Assembly (NCBI RefSeq): GCF_964204865.1
Contig: NC_135262.1
Coordinates: 6,572,001-6,636,000, forward strand
Direction: 5' to 3'
Origin: Styela clava
Lineage: Eukaryota
DNA: 64,000 bases
Shown: piece after piece, positions 13,261-25,218 of the stretch
Layout: each line of letters opens with the position of its first letter
How positions within the stretch are numbered: position 1 is the stretch's first letter
Notes under the pieces: generated by a model
Told to the model about the DNA's origin: nothing
The model's database searches: none
The model's input: the letters and a program-made list of their open reading frames with translations, nothing else
Position numbers and translations under genes: made by a program

Positions 13261-15439
13261 ATGGCTGCTTTGGTGATGGCAAAGACTTCTGGAGCTAAGC
13301 CAAACATGCCCTCCAGCTCCACTTATCGATCAGAGTTTGAATTTCGTTTGGAAGACATCGTTAACCTTATCGATGATGGCTTGCTAACACATGAGCATTT
13401 ATGTAGGATTTTGAAGCAACTTATAGCAATGACAAGTAACAGTCAAGTTAGAAGCTTATGGACGTCACTGCAACCGTTATTGCACCGAGATTTCATGTTT
13501 TCCGGTGAGTAGGCTATTATTACTTCAAGCAATCCCAGCAGACACTTCTGATTTATGGAAATTTTGTGCTCATCTTATATATTCAAGCAAACCTAATATT
13601 TCAGTTATCATAATATACTTATTGATGAATTTTTCTCCAGTAACTCACTAAAATACTGCATTTAAGTACAACAAGGACTATATATATAGTTTTCGATATA
13701 AACCAAATTGCAATGTTGTCAAACCGACACAATTTAGACGTGTTCCGCAATATTTTTCAGGACAAAAATTCGAACCAGAAGTCGAATTTCAACCAGTCAG
13801 CACTGCTTTGAGTCGTGAAATCCGGACGCATTTGACAAAAACTCGAAACGTCTCTAGATATCACCGAGTTCAAAGTGCACATTTGACCAATGAGGAAGAA
13901 GTATTTAGAGTTAACAAGTTGCCACCAATCGACAGTAAAAGTATTAACGAATCGAATAACAAGTCAACCAGTGAAAAAATGAGAACACATTTTCCCAAAA
14001 TCCGACAACCTCCGAAATCATACGAAACAACTCGAAGCCAAGTTAGATTTCGGACAAAAAACAAAGACTCTGACGAAAAAGTCCGGAAACGACTTAAACT
14101 ACTCGGGGAACAAAAATATAACGAAATCCGTGCAAAAGTGGAGAATTTGTTTGTATGGTTTGAAGAATGGACAAATCCTGAACGTTCTATTTTTTATCGG
14201 AAAGTTTTGCCGAAGTTGGTTATGAAACAACTGTACTTTTTGTCAACATACTTATCCGTTCGTCAAAATTGCGATTTTATATCGAAACTACCCAAAAATC
14301 TAGCATTAAAAGTCCTGAGACATTTGTCTCCTAAAGATTTGGCGCGCGCAGCTACGGTGTCAAAAAAATGGAATAAGTTGTGTTTGTCTGGAGTTCTTTG
14401 GGAAGAGAAATGCGATGAGGTGCGTAGCCAAATAGCGACGCCAAGTGTAACCTCGAGACCAGGGACAACGCGAGGGCATTATGACGTATATCGATCCAAC
14501 CATATAAGACAAAGAAACTGGTCGCGGGCAAAATGTGCTCATGCTCATCTTGAGGGACATGATGGAAAGGTACTCTGTGTAGATTTCAATAATAGAGTGC
14601 TCGTGAGTGGGAGTGCTGATGGCACTATTCGTGTTTGGAGTCTGCGCAGTGCTACAACAATTCAAGTGTTAAATGGACATACCAAAGGCGTTTGGTGTGT
14701 GGCCATTTACACAGCATGCCTTGTCATAAGCGGTTCTTATGATCGCACAATAAAAGTTTGGAATATTAAAAACGGCATGTGCCTTCGAACTTTGTACGGA
14801 CACACAGGAGCGGTCTGGGCTCTGGCCTGTAAGGATCACTTAGTCGCAACCGGGTCCAATGACAAAACTATAAAGTTATGGGACATGAGGCATTGTAAAT
14901 TAAAACACACTTACAATGGACATTCTAAGCCCGTTTTTGCAGTCGATATTGCACACGATTTATCTATGTTATTTTCCGGTGCCGCTGATCATAGTGTACG
15001 TATTTGGGACACAATGGATGGAAAAAGTTTGAGAATTATCTGGGCCTCAAACTCTGCGCCTATAATGAGCTTAAGTTATGCTGGTGGTCTATTAGCGTAT
15101 GCTGCGGATAACCTACTTAATATATGGGACGTTAAAAATGAAACTAATATAAGAACCTATAAAGGACACAAAGATCGAGTTGAAACCCTGAAGTTAAGCG
15201 TAAAAGAAAAAGATGGCGATCGAATGGTCTCACTTCTAAGCGCTGGGCGGGACGGGAAGGTGAAACACTGGCGTTTTGGTAAAAAAGATCCCGTTAAAAC
15301 AATGGTAGCCCATAAAGACTGTCAAGTTAACTGTATAGCTTTCGATAAAAAACGTTTAGTAACTGCATTGTATGATAATAGTATTTGCATTTGTGATTTT
15401 AGCGTTACAGAAGAAGTTGATAAACATTTGAAAGTGTGA
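13261..15439 (+). CDS. F-box/WD40-repeat protein (FBXW/Cdc4/Met30-like SCF substrate receptor), 2 coding exons, about 640 aa
   Basis: Exons 13261-13504 and 13761-15439 joined in frame by a phase-1 GT-AG intron (TCCG|gtgagt ... tttcag|GA); F-box DFISKLPKNLALKVLRHLSPKDLARAATVSKKWNKL; about seven GH...W(D/N) WD40 repeats. Confidence 0.92.
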
Positions 15440-17718
15440 CACCACTCAATGCTTCATGCATTTTTCGTGTTGGCAAAATGCATACTTTTTTTAGGTATGC
15501 TAAGGTCCAAACTATGCTTGCACATATAACACTGTGAAACAGCACGATAATTTTTACTATTTATTTCGAATTATTATTGAAAATATAAGCAACTTTTACT
15601 ATAAAATAATGTCTCGTATTAAAATATATGCTAGTTTAACAGTCAAAACAAAAAGTTAAGTTATCCAGTGTTGCGGGGTGTTAAATGAATGTACGTTGCA
15701 TGAGTATAGTCACTGCCAGCAGCGTCTATTGGCGCGTCTTCCGAATGTGTGCTGTAAGGCTGTTGAGCCCACATGATGTCAAACAAAACAATATATGAAA
15801 GTGAGCTGATATGCCATTTGCAAAGGTTTGTATTTCGCCCTGTAACGATTAAATCTATCATGTAAGATTATGTCCGACATTACTTGGCATTTGCATTGAT
15901 AACCGCATTAAACATCCCAACAGGGTTTTCAATTTCAGCATATATATATGTCTGTTTTCTGGTGGACAAAAACCGACAGTGTTTACGCTAGAAGTCGTAT
16001 TAGTGGGATGGCTATAAATGTTTAATTGTATCTTATGTATTCAGTAGTATAAATATATATTTTGAGTTTGGTTCATTCGTTCATTTTGTTTCGTACTATA
16101 TATAAAATGGGTAGGTGATCGTCACGTGCCCAACGCTATAGCTAAATGAAGATAATCCAAGCGAAGAAAATATCCATTCAAATTTACAAAATTATATTAA
16201 CTCGTTTATTCCAAAAATACCAACCGAAAGCGCACACTTACTTCCAATACAGTCTGCATTCTTTCTTGGTGACTCATGGTGAAACAAAAATACCTATGCC
16301 AGAATATGGCCCAGTGATTCTTTGCATGTTTGACAACGCTACCTACGTCATACTTTCATGATTCAATTACTTCCGACTTCCGAGTCCGTTTTCTGCATTA
16401 GGAGTCATATTATCGATATATGAGTCTTGCGATAGCGAATTTATTTTTGCTTCAAATCATATGTGAGCTAGCTACGATAGGTTGTATCCAACAACCTCGA
16501 TAATGGTTCAGAATCATTTCTATGGAATTAGGAGTCTACTTCCTGAACGTTGGTTATCGGCACTAGACAATGATGCTGCGAAACTTTGTGCATAGAACAA
16601 GAGCGCAAGAGTGTAAGCTACCATATCCACCTATAGAATTATGGTATCAGTTTTTTGTTGTGGCATATTGTGCCGGTGGAATGCTTTAGTGGGATTTCCA
16701 TACACATTACGCTTGTGATATCCGCTCGTGAATGTATGCTGCTGAATCGACAGCATAGGCTTAGAATAATGTAGCGGTAGGATTCATATAATATATATAG
16801 ATATATTTAGAAGGCAGTCGGAAAAGGTAAATTAGTTTTATATATAATCTACGAGAGGCAAAGTGTGCCTCCTTCAACGAGGGTTTAAAAATTTTTTTAG
16901 TCAAAATACTACTTGTTTTAAATATAACGCAATTCGCGTTCGACAAATTGCGTTTTTTTTTTGTTCGGAAGCGTTCCCTAAAGTCAGTTTTCCTCTCTTT
17001 CTTCTCGAGTGAGAAAATGTTTGAATTCAAATTATTTCTATTTAATCCAAGGCGAATTCTTATTTCAATGTAATAAAAATATACAACGTAGTCCGAAGGA
17101 GCATGAACTTCCGATAGCTATTTTGGTCTCGTACTCCCGGTACGAGATAGAAACTAAAATGTTGTTATACAATGAAACGCTGATAAATATCTTCATAAAT
17201 TTAATACATCAATCTCTCCTAATGCTATAAAGCTGTCATGTGCTGAGACGAGTATACTTTTTGGTCAATTCCCAAAATTTATTTAAAGTTTGCCGATATA
17301 AACTGGTCACAATTGCGCGGTAGAAAACACTCCACACTTGATCTGCGCGATTTGAGTTTGAGTTGCATCGTTTTTTTCCAATGATATCATTACCAGCATT
17401 TGGTACAAAATTAAGCTCGGATTGTGGTATGATTACCGCTATAGCATAACGCCAGCATAGAATTGAACGCGGAAGTAAGTTGACGCATTACGTATTTCAA
17501 AATAATTTATTGTGTATATGGTAGCATATCCCCGAATTATTTGAACCCAAATTGGAGACGTGATTTATGCGGTTTGATTTGGGGAGTTAGCAATAGAAAA
17601 CTGCTATAATTACTTTTACATCAGTAGAATTTTGACCGAATTTAAATTCCATGTCGAGCACTTCATAAGTTGACCTATTCTCGCGAATAATTGTAGCGCG
17701 CCACTTTTAACTTTGCAA

Positions 17719-17785
17719 ACTTTACTTAACTAGATACTTAACTAGATATAACTTTACTTAACTAGATTTACTTTACTATAACTAG
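17719..17785. repeat. Short imperfect tandem repeat of (ACTT)TACTTAACTAGA, about 4 copies
   Basis: actttacttaactagatacttaactagatataactttacttaactagatttactttactataactag, ending about 30 bp upstream of the ATG of G-alpha-like copy 2. Confidence 0.7.
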
Positions 17786-17813
17786 AAATATGTTTGTAAA
17801 ATAGCATTGTATA

Positions 17814-18872
17814 ATGATCCGACGTCATACTTATCGGCGATGGGAAAAGTTGGAAAATCGAAAGTCTGTAAAACTAGATGCAACTAACAGTGATGTGATA
17901 AAAATACCTATACTGGGAGAAGCTGGATCTGGGAAGACAGAGGTTGCCAGAGCTCTTAGGGGTATTTATGGCAAAAATATCGGAAGATTCGACGATGAAG
18001 AACACACTATGGATGTGATACCGTACAAAACTCTTGTTCGTTCAAATGCGATCAAAACAATGAGATCATTACTCAGAGAAGTTGAAATGAGTGGATTTGT
18101 ATATGCTTGCGAAAACCGAATCTTAGAAGAAATCAAATCCTATACCCCAGACTTATGGGAATCCGATATACCTAATACTATATGGGCCGGATATAAAATA
18201 GTTTGGAACGAACCTGGCTTTGTATATTGTGCCAAACAAATAGATAACATGGACCTTTTCGAAAACGCGGAGTATTACTTTAACAATATCGACCGTTTGC
18301 GCGCCAATACATATATTCCGTCACCATATGACGTCATACTTTGCAGAAAACAATTAAATAGTATTTTAGAAACACCACTGCGAAAGAACCTCTGGCTTCT
18401 AGAGGTCGCTCCTATAGATAAAAAGAGCAACGTAAAAAGGATACTCCAGTTTTTCGAAAGAGATTGTGTGCTGATATTTTGTGTTGATGTATCAACATAT
18501 GACACATTTAAAGAAGATCGAAAGACAAACCGCCTTTTAAGCACCTTTGAACAATTCAAATGGATTGCAAATCATGAATTTACTAAGGGATTAACAATAA
18601 TGGTTTTATTCACTAAAAAAGAAACGTTCGAGCGTAAATTACTCGATAAAAACCTAAACATATGCTTTAATGATTACAATGGGCAAAATGATTTTCAAAG
18701 CGCGTCTGAATTTGTGGCTAAAAAATTTGAAACGGTGTTACAAAAAAATCACTGTTTTTATTCTTCTTTTGTATCGTGTGATGGATCTAATCTTGCAAAA
18801 GATATGAAGAGAGTGAAAGTAGCGCTTCATACGTGCTTCGTACAATTACATATATCTCAGATGCGTCTTTGA
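17814..18872 (+). CDS. Divergent heterotrimeric G-protein alpha-like protein, copy 2 (352 aa, intronless, paralog of 5977-7050)
   Basis: KIPILGEAGSGKT, AEYYFNNIDRL..YIPSPYDV, IFCVDVSTYD, VLFTKKE; colinear with copy 1 over its whole length. Confidence 0.9.
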   Translation: MIRRHTYRRWEKLENRKSVKLDATNSDVIKIPILGEAGSGKTEVARALRGIYGKNIGRFDDEEHTMDVIPYKTLVRSNAIKTMRSLLREVEMSGFVYACENRILEEIKSYTPDLWESDIPNTIWAGYKIVWNEPGFVYCAKQIDNMDLFENAEYYFNNIDRLRANTYIPSPYDVILCRKQLNSILETPLRKNLWLLEVAPIDKKSNVKRILQFFERDCVLIFCVDVSTYDTFKEDRKTNRLLSTFEQFKWIANHEFTKGLTIMVLFTKKETFERKLLDKNLNICFNDYNGQNDFQSASEFVAKKFETVLQKNHCFYSSFVSCDGSNLAKDMKRVKVALHTCFVQLHISQMRL

Positions 18873-20499
18873 TACGAAATTTAACCTCATTGACAAATTT
18901 GATTACATTACTGTATTTTTAACTTTTTTATGCCTTTTTGTATTGCTTGTTCGAAGTGCTTTTCAATCTTGGACCCACTGCTCAGAGTTTAGATCAGTTA
19001 CAGTAAATAGCCCAATCGCAATTTATATGACATCAATAAGGCCACATACTATGTTTGTAATGAAGCATGTACTTGCTTTAATAGTTTGGAAATTAGTCAA
19101 TGAATGTTAACAATATAATAATATGCTGCCAAATGTAGATCGCAGCCATCATCCGTTTTGAATTATTTCCGTGTTTCAGGTGTTTATAATTAAATTTGGA
19201 GCCTTCACGTAATAACTAGAGTTAAGAACTACTTTTTCGACACTTTCAATGCTCGGGTGTTGATGTTATCTATTGTAGAACATTTCCAACACTAATTTTG
19301 ATTAAGAACTATTCACTACTACTCCTTCATATTTAATCGTAAAAACAAATTTTGACGCAAAAAACAGAGCTAAGAGTCACCAAATCAACAACCAAAATAT
19401 CGTTTCGATAAAATAAATAAATTAGGAAGATATAATGTACTTTTTGAATAGTTAGAACCATCTGTTATGCTTGCTTAGGTTCTAACTATTTACTGGTGCA
19501 CCCGTGAAAATATAACAAGGGTTGCTTTTATCACATGAAAATATATGTTGCTTATAATTTACCAAATTTTTTGAAAAACTTGAGTATATATGAAAGTTCA
19601 TCTCAAACGACTTATGTTGCATATGGTATAATTTTTTTAATTAGAACTATAATGATTGTAATTACTGAAAAATTGAAATGCCCTAGCTGGAGGGTAAATC
19701 GCGCTTGATAAGGAGATGCTTAGACCATTGAGATGAAAATAAACAAAATTTAGCATAATAGATAAAATTGTAAGGTTATGAGTATGACGATTGAATAGCG
19801 TTGCAGTTAGCAAGCCAAAACCACGAAAGCAAGCCATGTCGTCAGCAAAATTTTGTACTTTTTCTTGACCCACGAGCGACACCTCGAAGGTAAAACTACA
19901 CAATATTTAAATAGTAATTTACTACTTCATTTTATTACGTGATGAGGAAAGTTCAGAACGATGTTTTATGTCGATATATACACCCTAAACCACGACATAT
20001 TGTTCGGTTACATTTCAGGTGAATCATACGAGAAATAGTTAGATTGGTTAATTTTTTATAGAATCGGAGTCGAAATTTCAAAGTACTTTGAGTCTGAATT
20101 TCAGATTTTTAATGAAGATAATCAAAATGTTCTACATTAACTTGAAAAAGATACAATTTGACTGAGCTTTCCTTAATATTGAGAAGAGCTTGCATATGCC
20201 AACGTTTTTATCCTAAAGATTTAATTTTTCGAGTGTTGGGGCCCGGAGTCAAGATAGATTTTTTTAATCCGGACTGGGGAATCAGAGTCGATTGTAAATT
20301 TTACCCAACAGAACTTTTCAACGCCTGGATAGAAAAGTACAGTACACGATACGGAAATCGAGGAAAGCTGCCAAAACGTTGAATGAGCTTTTCACATACG
20401 ACATGAAAGTATTAAATGGCCAATCTCACCTTGTGTCAGAGAATATTAGTGAGAAAACAGTTAACCAGCGAATGCACAAATTGTAATTGTTACATGACC

Positions 20500-20700
20500 A
20501 TCGACTAAGTGCTGATTGGCCATTCTTGGAGAAAAAACAAAGTCGAGGTAACAAAAGCGAGGTGTATATGTATAAACGCAGTTGGAAATATCAACCCTCC
20601 CGTACATAATTTTTCCTGGAAAAAAGCATTTATACAGGTGCGCCAGTCACCGAGATACACCTGGCTCTGGCGTTTTGTCCGTAGTTTAGTTCATAAATCA
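20500..20700 (+). pseudogene. Possible pogo/Tigger (DDE_1) transposase relic
   Basis: Peptide CINAVGNINPPVHNF resembles the C-x-NA-x-G-x-x-x-PP-x-x-IF motif of pogo-family transposases; short and frameshifted. Confidence 0.35.
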
Positions 20701-22276
20701 ATCTCGTTTATTTAAAAGTGATTCAGTCAATCAATAGTCATTTATTCATGATTGAGTGCTCGTACCTTTTTTTCCATATTAGTGGCAGCGGTGTTCGGAG
20801 TCCGAGAAAGTTCGATCCACCCTCCAATCATTAAAAAACGTTTTCAAGTTCCTAAGTTCTGGAATGTGGATAATAAAAATGACCCTGCACCGACTTCCCT
20901 GTTTACGTCCGTAATATTGACTAATCTGCAAGTTGTCACTGGTTGTGTAACAATTGGATTTTTAGCAGCCGCTCAGTCACCTTTTTTACTCGAACAGACT
21001 TTCATGCATGGCGATGAACAGTAGCTTGTTTTCGTGATTTTGCATGCTATTTGTAACTTTTGTGATGGGAAACATATAACAGTATGTGGACGCCAATTTT
21101 ATAAACATATAAACCAGTATGTAAGCGCCAACTGGCAAAAAATCTCAAGATAAACATCGTTCTGTTAGTCGCTAGTTCGCTGTGCAAAATATAGGGAGAA
21201 TTTTTCAGGGTCAAAGGTTAAGGAAACATTCATTATTGCACAGTTTTTCAGACAGCAGGTGTCAGAATTGAGCAGAGCAGGTTTCGTAGGACAGGAAAGC
21301 TCCACTAGATGTACCAAAGCTTTGCTTATTTATTTTATGTCATTATATTTTCGTATGTAATACGCTAATACCGGCCTCACAATGGTGATTTGAATAAGTA
21401 ACATGGTTTCTCAAAAGTAGTGTCCAGTTTACAATTTCCCCCACATAACACCGATGGGTGTGCCATTCCTGAACACTGATCTCTTGTTTATGACTCCCAC
21501 TACCGGTACGGTACCTAATTTTATACATGCTGTCTCAAACTCCAAAATAAACGGGCTATAAACTCTATCTGCTGACTCATTTTCTGCTTTTTTCATATCG
21601 TGCGACCAATTCTGATAGTTTGATTACTGGTTTAAATGAAATGTTTAAGAGCTCATATGACCTTGGACGGTCTTGCTTACTACGGTACCACCGTACTTCA
21701 CTGACCTCCACATAACCTTTAAATTGGATAATGCAGTAAATAAAAAGAAGTCTGTCACTTTCTCTGTGTCAGGCAGTCAGAAACACAATTCTGTAACCTT
21801 AAACCTGCTAACCCATGAACTCATTGCGCGCTTTTCTTCCTAGTCCATTCTCCTGAAATTTTGAAACTGACTACTGGTAGCTATTCTCATACAAAACCAT
21901 TGCAGTTCCAGCATATTGTTTGTCATATGATCATCTCGTTAATCAAAACAAGCTGTATGGGAATATCAAATAGTTGTTTATTCTCATATATAACTAGGTT
22001 AAATGCTGATTTGTCTGGCTTATTTCACAATCAAAGTATTCACTGCAGTAAATTTATCATGCTCGATATATTTTAACAACATTCTTAAATTGGCCCTAAC
22101 CTTATTTGCTGTTCTTGTCTGGTGAAGTTTAAAACTATATAGATAATTTAATCATGATTCTCAATCACCAATTTTGTAGTGGCGCCTACATGACCCTTTG
22201 TCTTCATGCACTTGTTAGCACAACTAGGATAAAGCTCGATAGCGATAAAGCTATTGTACGTCAATCATAAATTAAC

Positions 22277-22387
22277 GGGTACTCCTGAAGTATGCGCACC
22301 AAGATGTCGCATAACCTGAACCCTAACCTGGTACACAACTTTAGTTCAGGTTGTGCGCCATCTTGGTGCGCATACTTCAGGAGGTTC
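22277..22387. mobile_element. Palindromic MITE, GGGTACTCC-terminal family (short form)
   Basis: About 45-bp inverted arms gggtactcctgaagtatgcgcaccaagatg... / ...catcttggtgcgcatacttcaggagg around a ccctaacc core. Confidence 0.8.
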
Positions 22388-22677
22388 AATTAATGATTAC
22401 CGATTACCGACTCTGCTGTATGCAAGCTTTCTTCAATCGACTGTTGAGAGTGCTGATAAAAAAAATATGAGTTTTGAGTCTTTGTAGAAATTTTGAATTC
22501 TTCTTCCTCAAGGCGTTAAATACATGGCAATTCGCTATTATTACGATCCTGTCTGGCTCTAACAAGTCTCGGAATATCAGTATGAAATAGCCGAAGGTTC
22601 AAAGCACATCATTATAATTTTATTGTAAATATCATTACACATATTCTGTTTACTCTGGCTTCAATTTCTCACATTCC

Positions 22678-22770
22678 TACCGTGTTTCCTCGAAAATAAG
22701 ACTGGGTGGTATTTCAATTTCTTCCGAAAAATAACACTAAAGCTTATTTTCCAGGATGTCTTATATTTTC
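22678..22770. mobile_element. One end of a Tc1/mariner-pogo (Tc2/Tigger-like) MITE
   Basis: TA+CCGTGTTTCCTCGAAAATAAGAC followed by internal CTTATTTT inverted motifs; other end not found. Confidence 0.4.
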
Positions 22771-23289
22771 ATTTATCAAAAACAAATTCACAAAGTAGAG
22801 AATTACGAGATTTTCAAATATAGAAAATATGAAATCCGATATCCATTGACTTATAAATAACACGTTTTTATTCGAAACAATGTTAGTGACGTTTTCATTT
22901 TTGACTCCCCTAAGTATCAGGCTGCAAAATAGTAAATAAACGTAGTAGCAGTTAATTTTTCATTGTCAATATATAGCTGATTATATAATATATACACAAA
23001 AGTCATACCAAACATTACTATTAGGCTGTAATCATAGATTCAACCAGTCGATCAAAACTAACACTCAACATTTTAGGGAACGAAATTGTGACAAAATTAA
23101 CTGTGCTGAAAATATTGTGAAAAATGAGAGGTTGTCATTTGTGACTTTTAAAGACTATAATTTTGCTTTTTATATTCTCCTTATTATTGAGAAAATAAGA
23201 AAATTTCTAATGACTATCTATATTTATACAAAGTATATATAAAACTAGTAGAAATTCCATCGGTTCGCTAAAATTTAGATTGTTCATAT

Positions 23290-23425
23290 CTGAAACAATT
23301 AACTGGCTAACTAATCCCATACCCGACATAGACTGGTAGCTTAAGGCGAGGCCATGGTTTGCCATATGATTAGGCAGTCTTATCAGCTTTACTTCCACCC
23401 GGGATAAATATGAAAATCCTATCTT
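23290..23425 (+). mobile_element. 3' part of dispersed SINE-like family
   Basis: ctaactaatcccatacccgacatagactggt...ggataaatatgaaaatcctatc shared with 34740-34972 and 40440-40825, and on the minus strand about 25830-25940, 26770-26870, 32316-32475, 37140-37222. Confidence 0.65.
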
Positions 23426-23560
23426 ATGTTTCTGAATTTAATTGTGAAAGCTAATTTTGTACTGTCTTGGACTCAATACATTCTGTCTGTCATTTACACA
23501 TACCTCAGATTTTTTTTATTTTTTTTTTGGTATTATTTTCAGAGGTATAAGCAATAACCG

Positions 23561-23677
23561 TACTCATGATAGAACTAAAATAAGGAAAATTGAAATAAAA
23601 TTATGGCCTAACCCTAACCTGGTACACATACAACGTTCCGGTGTTCGCCATCTTGGTGTACATACCACAGGAGTTTC
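23561..23677. mobile_element. Partial GGGTACTCC-family MITE
   Basis: aaaattatggcctaaccctaacctggtac...catcttggtgtacataccacaggag matches the right half of the 57656-57861 copy. Confidence 0.75.
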
Positions 23678-24855
23678 AACACACATTTTCAACATGTTTG
23701 CCTCACTATCTGTTATTAGTAGCTAGTCATTTTTGACAAATTCTAAAAAGGTGGCTCAGCTTAAAAAGTTCGAGAACAACTGGTGTACAGTATTGATGAA
23801 GAGCCAATGACTGAAATGAAACGGTTTATCATAGCTTGTATTTGATATTCTAAATTCCAGATTGGACAAATTATTTGTTTTATTTGAAAATTATTTTGAG
23901 CAATTGGAATCTGACATTATACCCAATTTAATTTTTCAAACTAAAAAAAATGAACCGACCACCAATCAAATCGCTGTTCATCTTAATATTTCCAAACTCA
24001 AATTTATTGAATATACATCTGATATTTTTAATATGACCCAATTTGGAATGTTCAGTACCCAATTTGGATATTTCAGATTCAAAAATATTAATTTGTAATT
24101 ACATTCAAAATTGTAAGCTTTTCGGTTTTGGCCATTCCTTCATGTGATTTTTTTATTCATTTAATTAAATAATATTTCATGATTTTGCCTCTTTCAACAT
24201 GATTTAAGACATTTCTCGAATATTAAATTTTTCAATTTTAGCCATACAATTTATCTTTCTGTTATGAAACTGGGAAAATTGAAAATGAATTTTCAATCAA
24301 TAATATATCAAAATTGACTGAATAATTTGTCATAGAGGGCGCTAGAGTTTAATTCAGGGTTGTTAATATTATAAGGGCTGGTGTAACTTATGTGTGATAT
24401 CATGTGTGTTATAGAGGTATAAGAAATCTTTTCTGCGCTGTTAGATTCAGCACAATTCTATATTATTTTGTATGAGAATATAAGTCAGATTTATTCCATG
24501 TATACTGATTTGATATTCGCTTTGACTATTATTAAAAAATTATTAATATGGTGTGACAAATAATTTTTTTTAATTCATTTTTTTAGCTCAAGTATTTCAC
24601 ACTTTTTTACTATATCCTTGTGGTTAGATGTGTGAATAAATTTGAATTACCGATAGTTAACTTTTAACATGTAGTAACGCCCTTTCTTTTCAATTCTGTA
24701 CATTTTATACCTTACATAGGGTTTTATTTGCTCTCCTGATTCAGTAATCAGTTTTTATCTATTTGTTTTAAATTCTATTTTAGAATTAATTTTTTGATGA
24801 AACTGCTAGATAAAAATTAGCATAAGTTTCTTAGTTGACATTCCAAAATAATCCT

Positions 24856-25191
24856 ATGCCTGAAGTGAAATACACAAAGCTTTCTCGGCGTTACGGAACA
24901 CCTGGAGAAGAAAAATACATTGATTTACAGTTCAAAAAACCGCCACAAAAAATTCCTTGGCGAGCGATTCGGGCTGCTGTTATTTTATTTTTACTTGGAA
25001 GTATTCTCATCATTGTTGGAGCTCTTCTAGTTTCTGGACATATTGACGAAAAATATAGTGATCGAACGTGGCCCGTTCTTATTCTTGGAATACTGACATT
25101 TGTTCCGGGGTTTTATCACGTAAGAATCGCTTACTACGCTTGGAGAGGATATAAAGGTTATTCGTTCGAAGATATACCAGAGTATAATTGA
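24856..25191 (+). CDS. TMEM230: Transmembrane protein 230
   Basis: VKYTKLS...YIDLQFKKPPQKIPWRAI, two TM helices, PGFYHVRIAYYAWRGYKGYSFEDIPE; first ATG 24856, acceptor tttcttag ending 24834. Confidence 0.95.
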   Translation: MPEVKYTKLSRRYGTPGEEKYIDLQFKKPPQKIPWRAIRAAVILFLLGSILIIVGALLVSGHIDEKYSDRTWPVLILGILTFVPGFYHVRIAYYAWRGYKGYSFEDIPEYN

Positions 25192-25200
25192 GTAGTTGTA

Positions 25201-25215
25201 TTTATTTAAAATCAG
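25201..25215 (+). promoter_or_regulatory. Splice (probably SL trans-splice) acceptor between TMEM230 stop and PDRG1 start
   Basis: tttatttaaaatcag ends 3 nt before the PDRG1 ATG and 24 nt after the TMEM230 stop; no room for promoter or AATAAA. Confidence 0.55.
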
Positions 25216-25218
25216 AAA

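Noticed and set aside
20752-21024. Minus-strand NDWRVDRTFSDSEHR resembling a LINE endonuclease end
   Set aside because: Single short motif with stops in flanking frames; too weak
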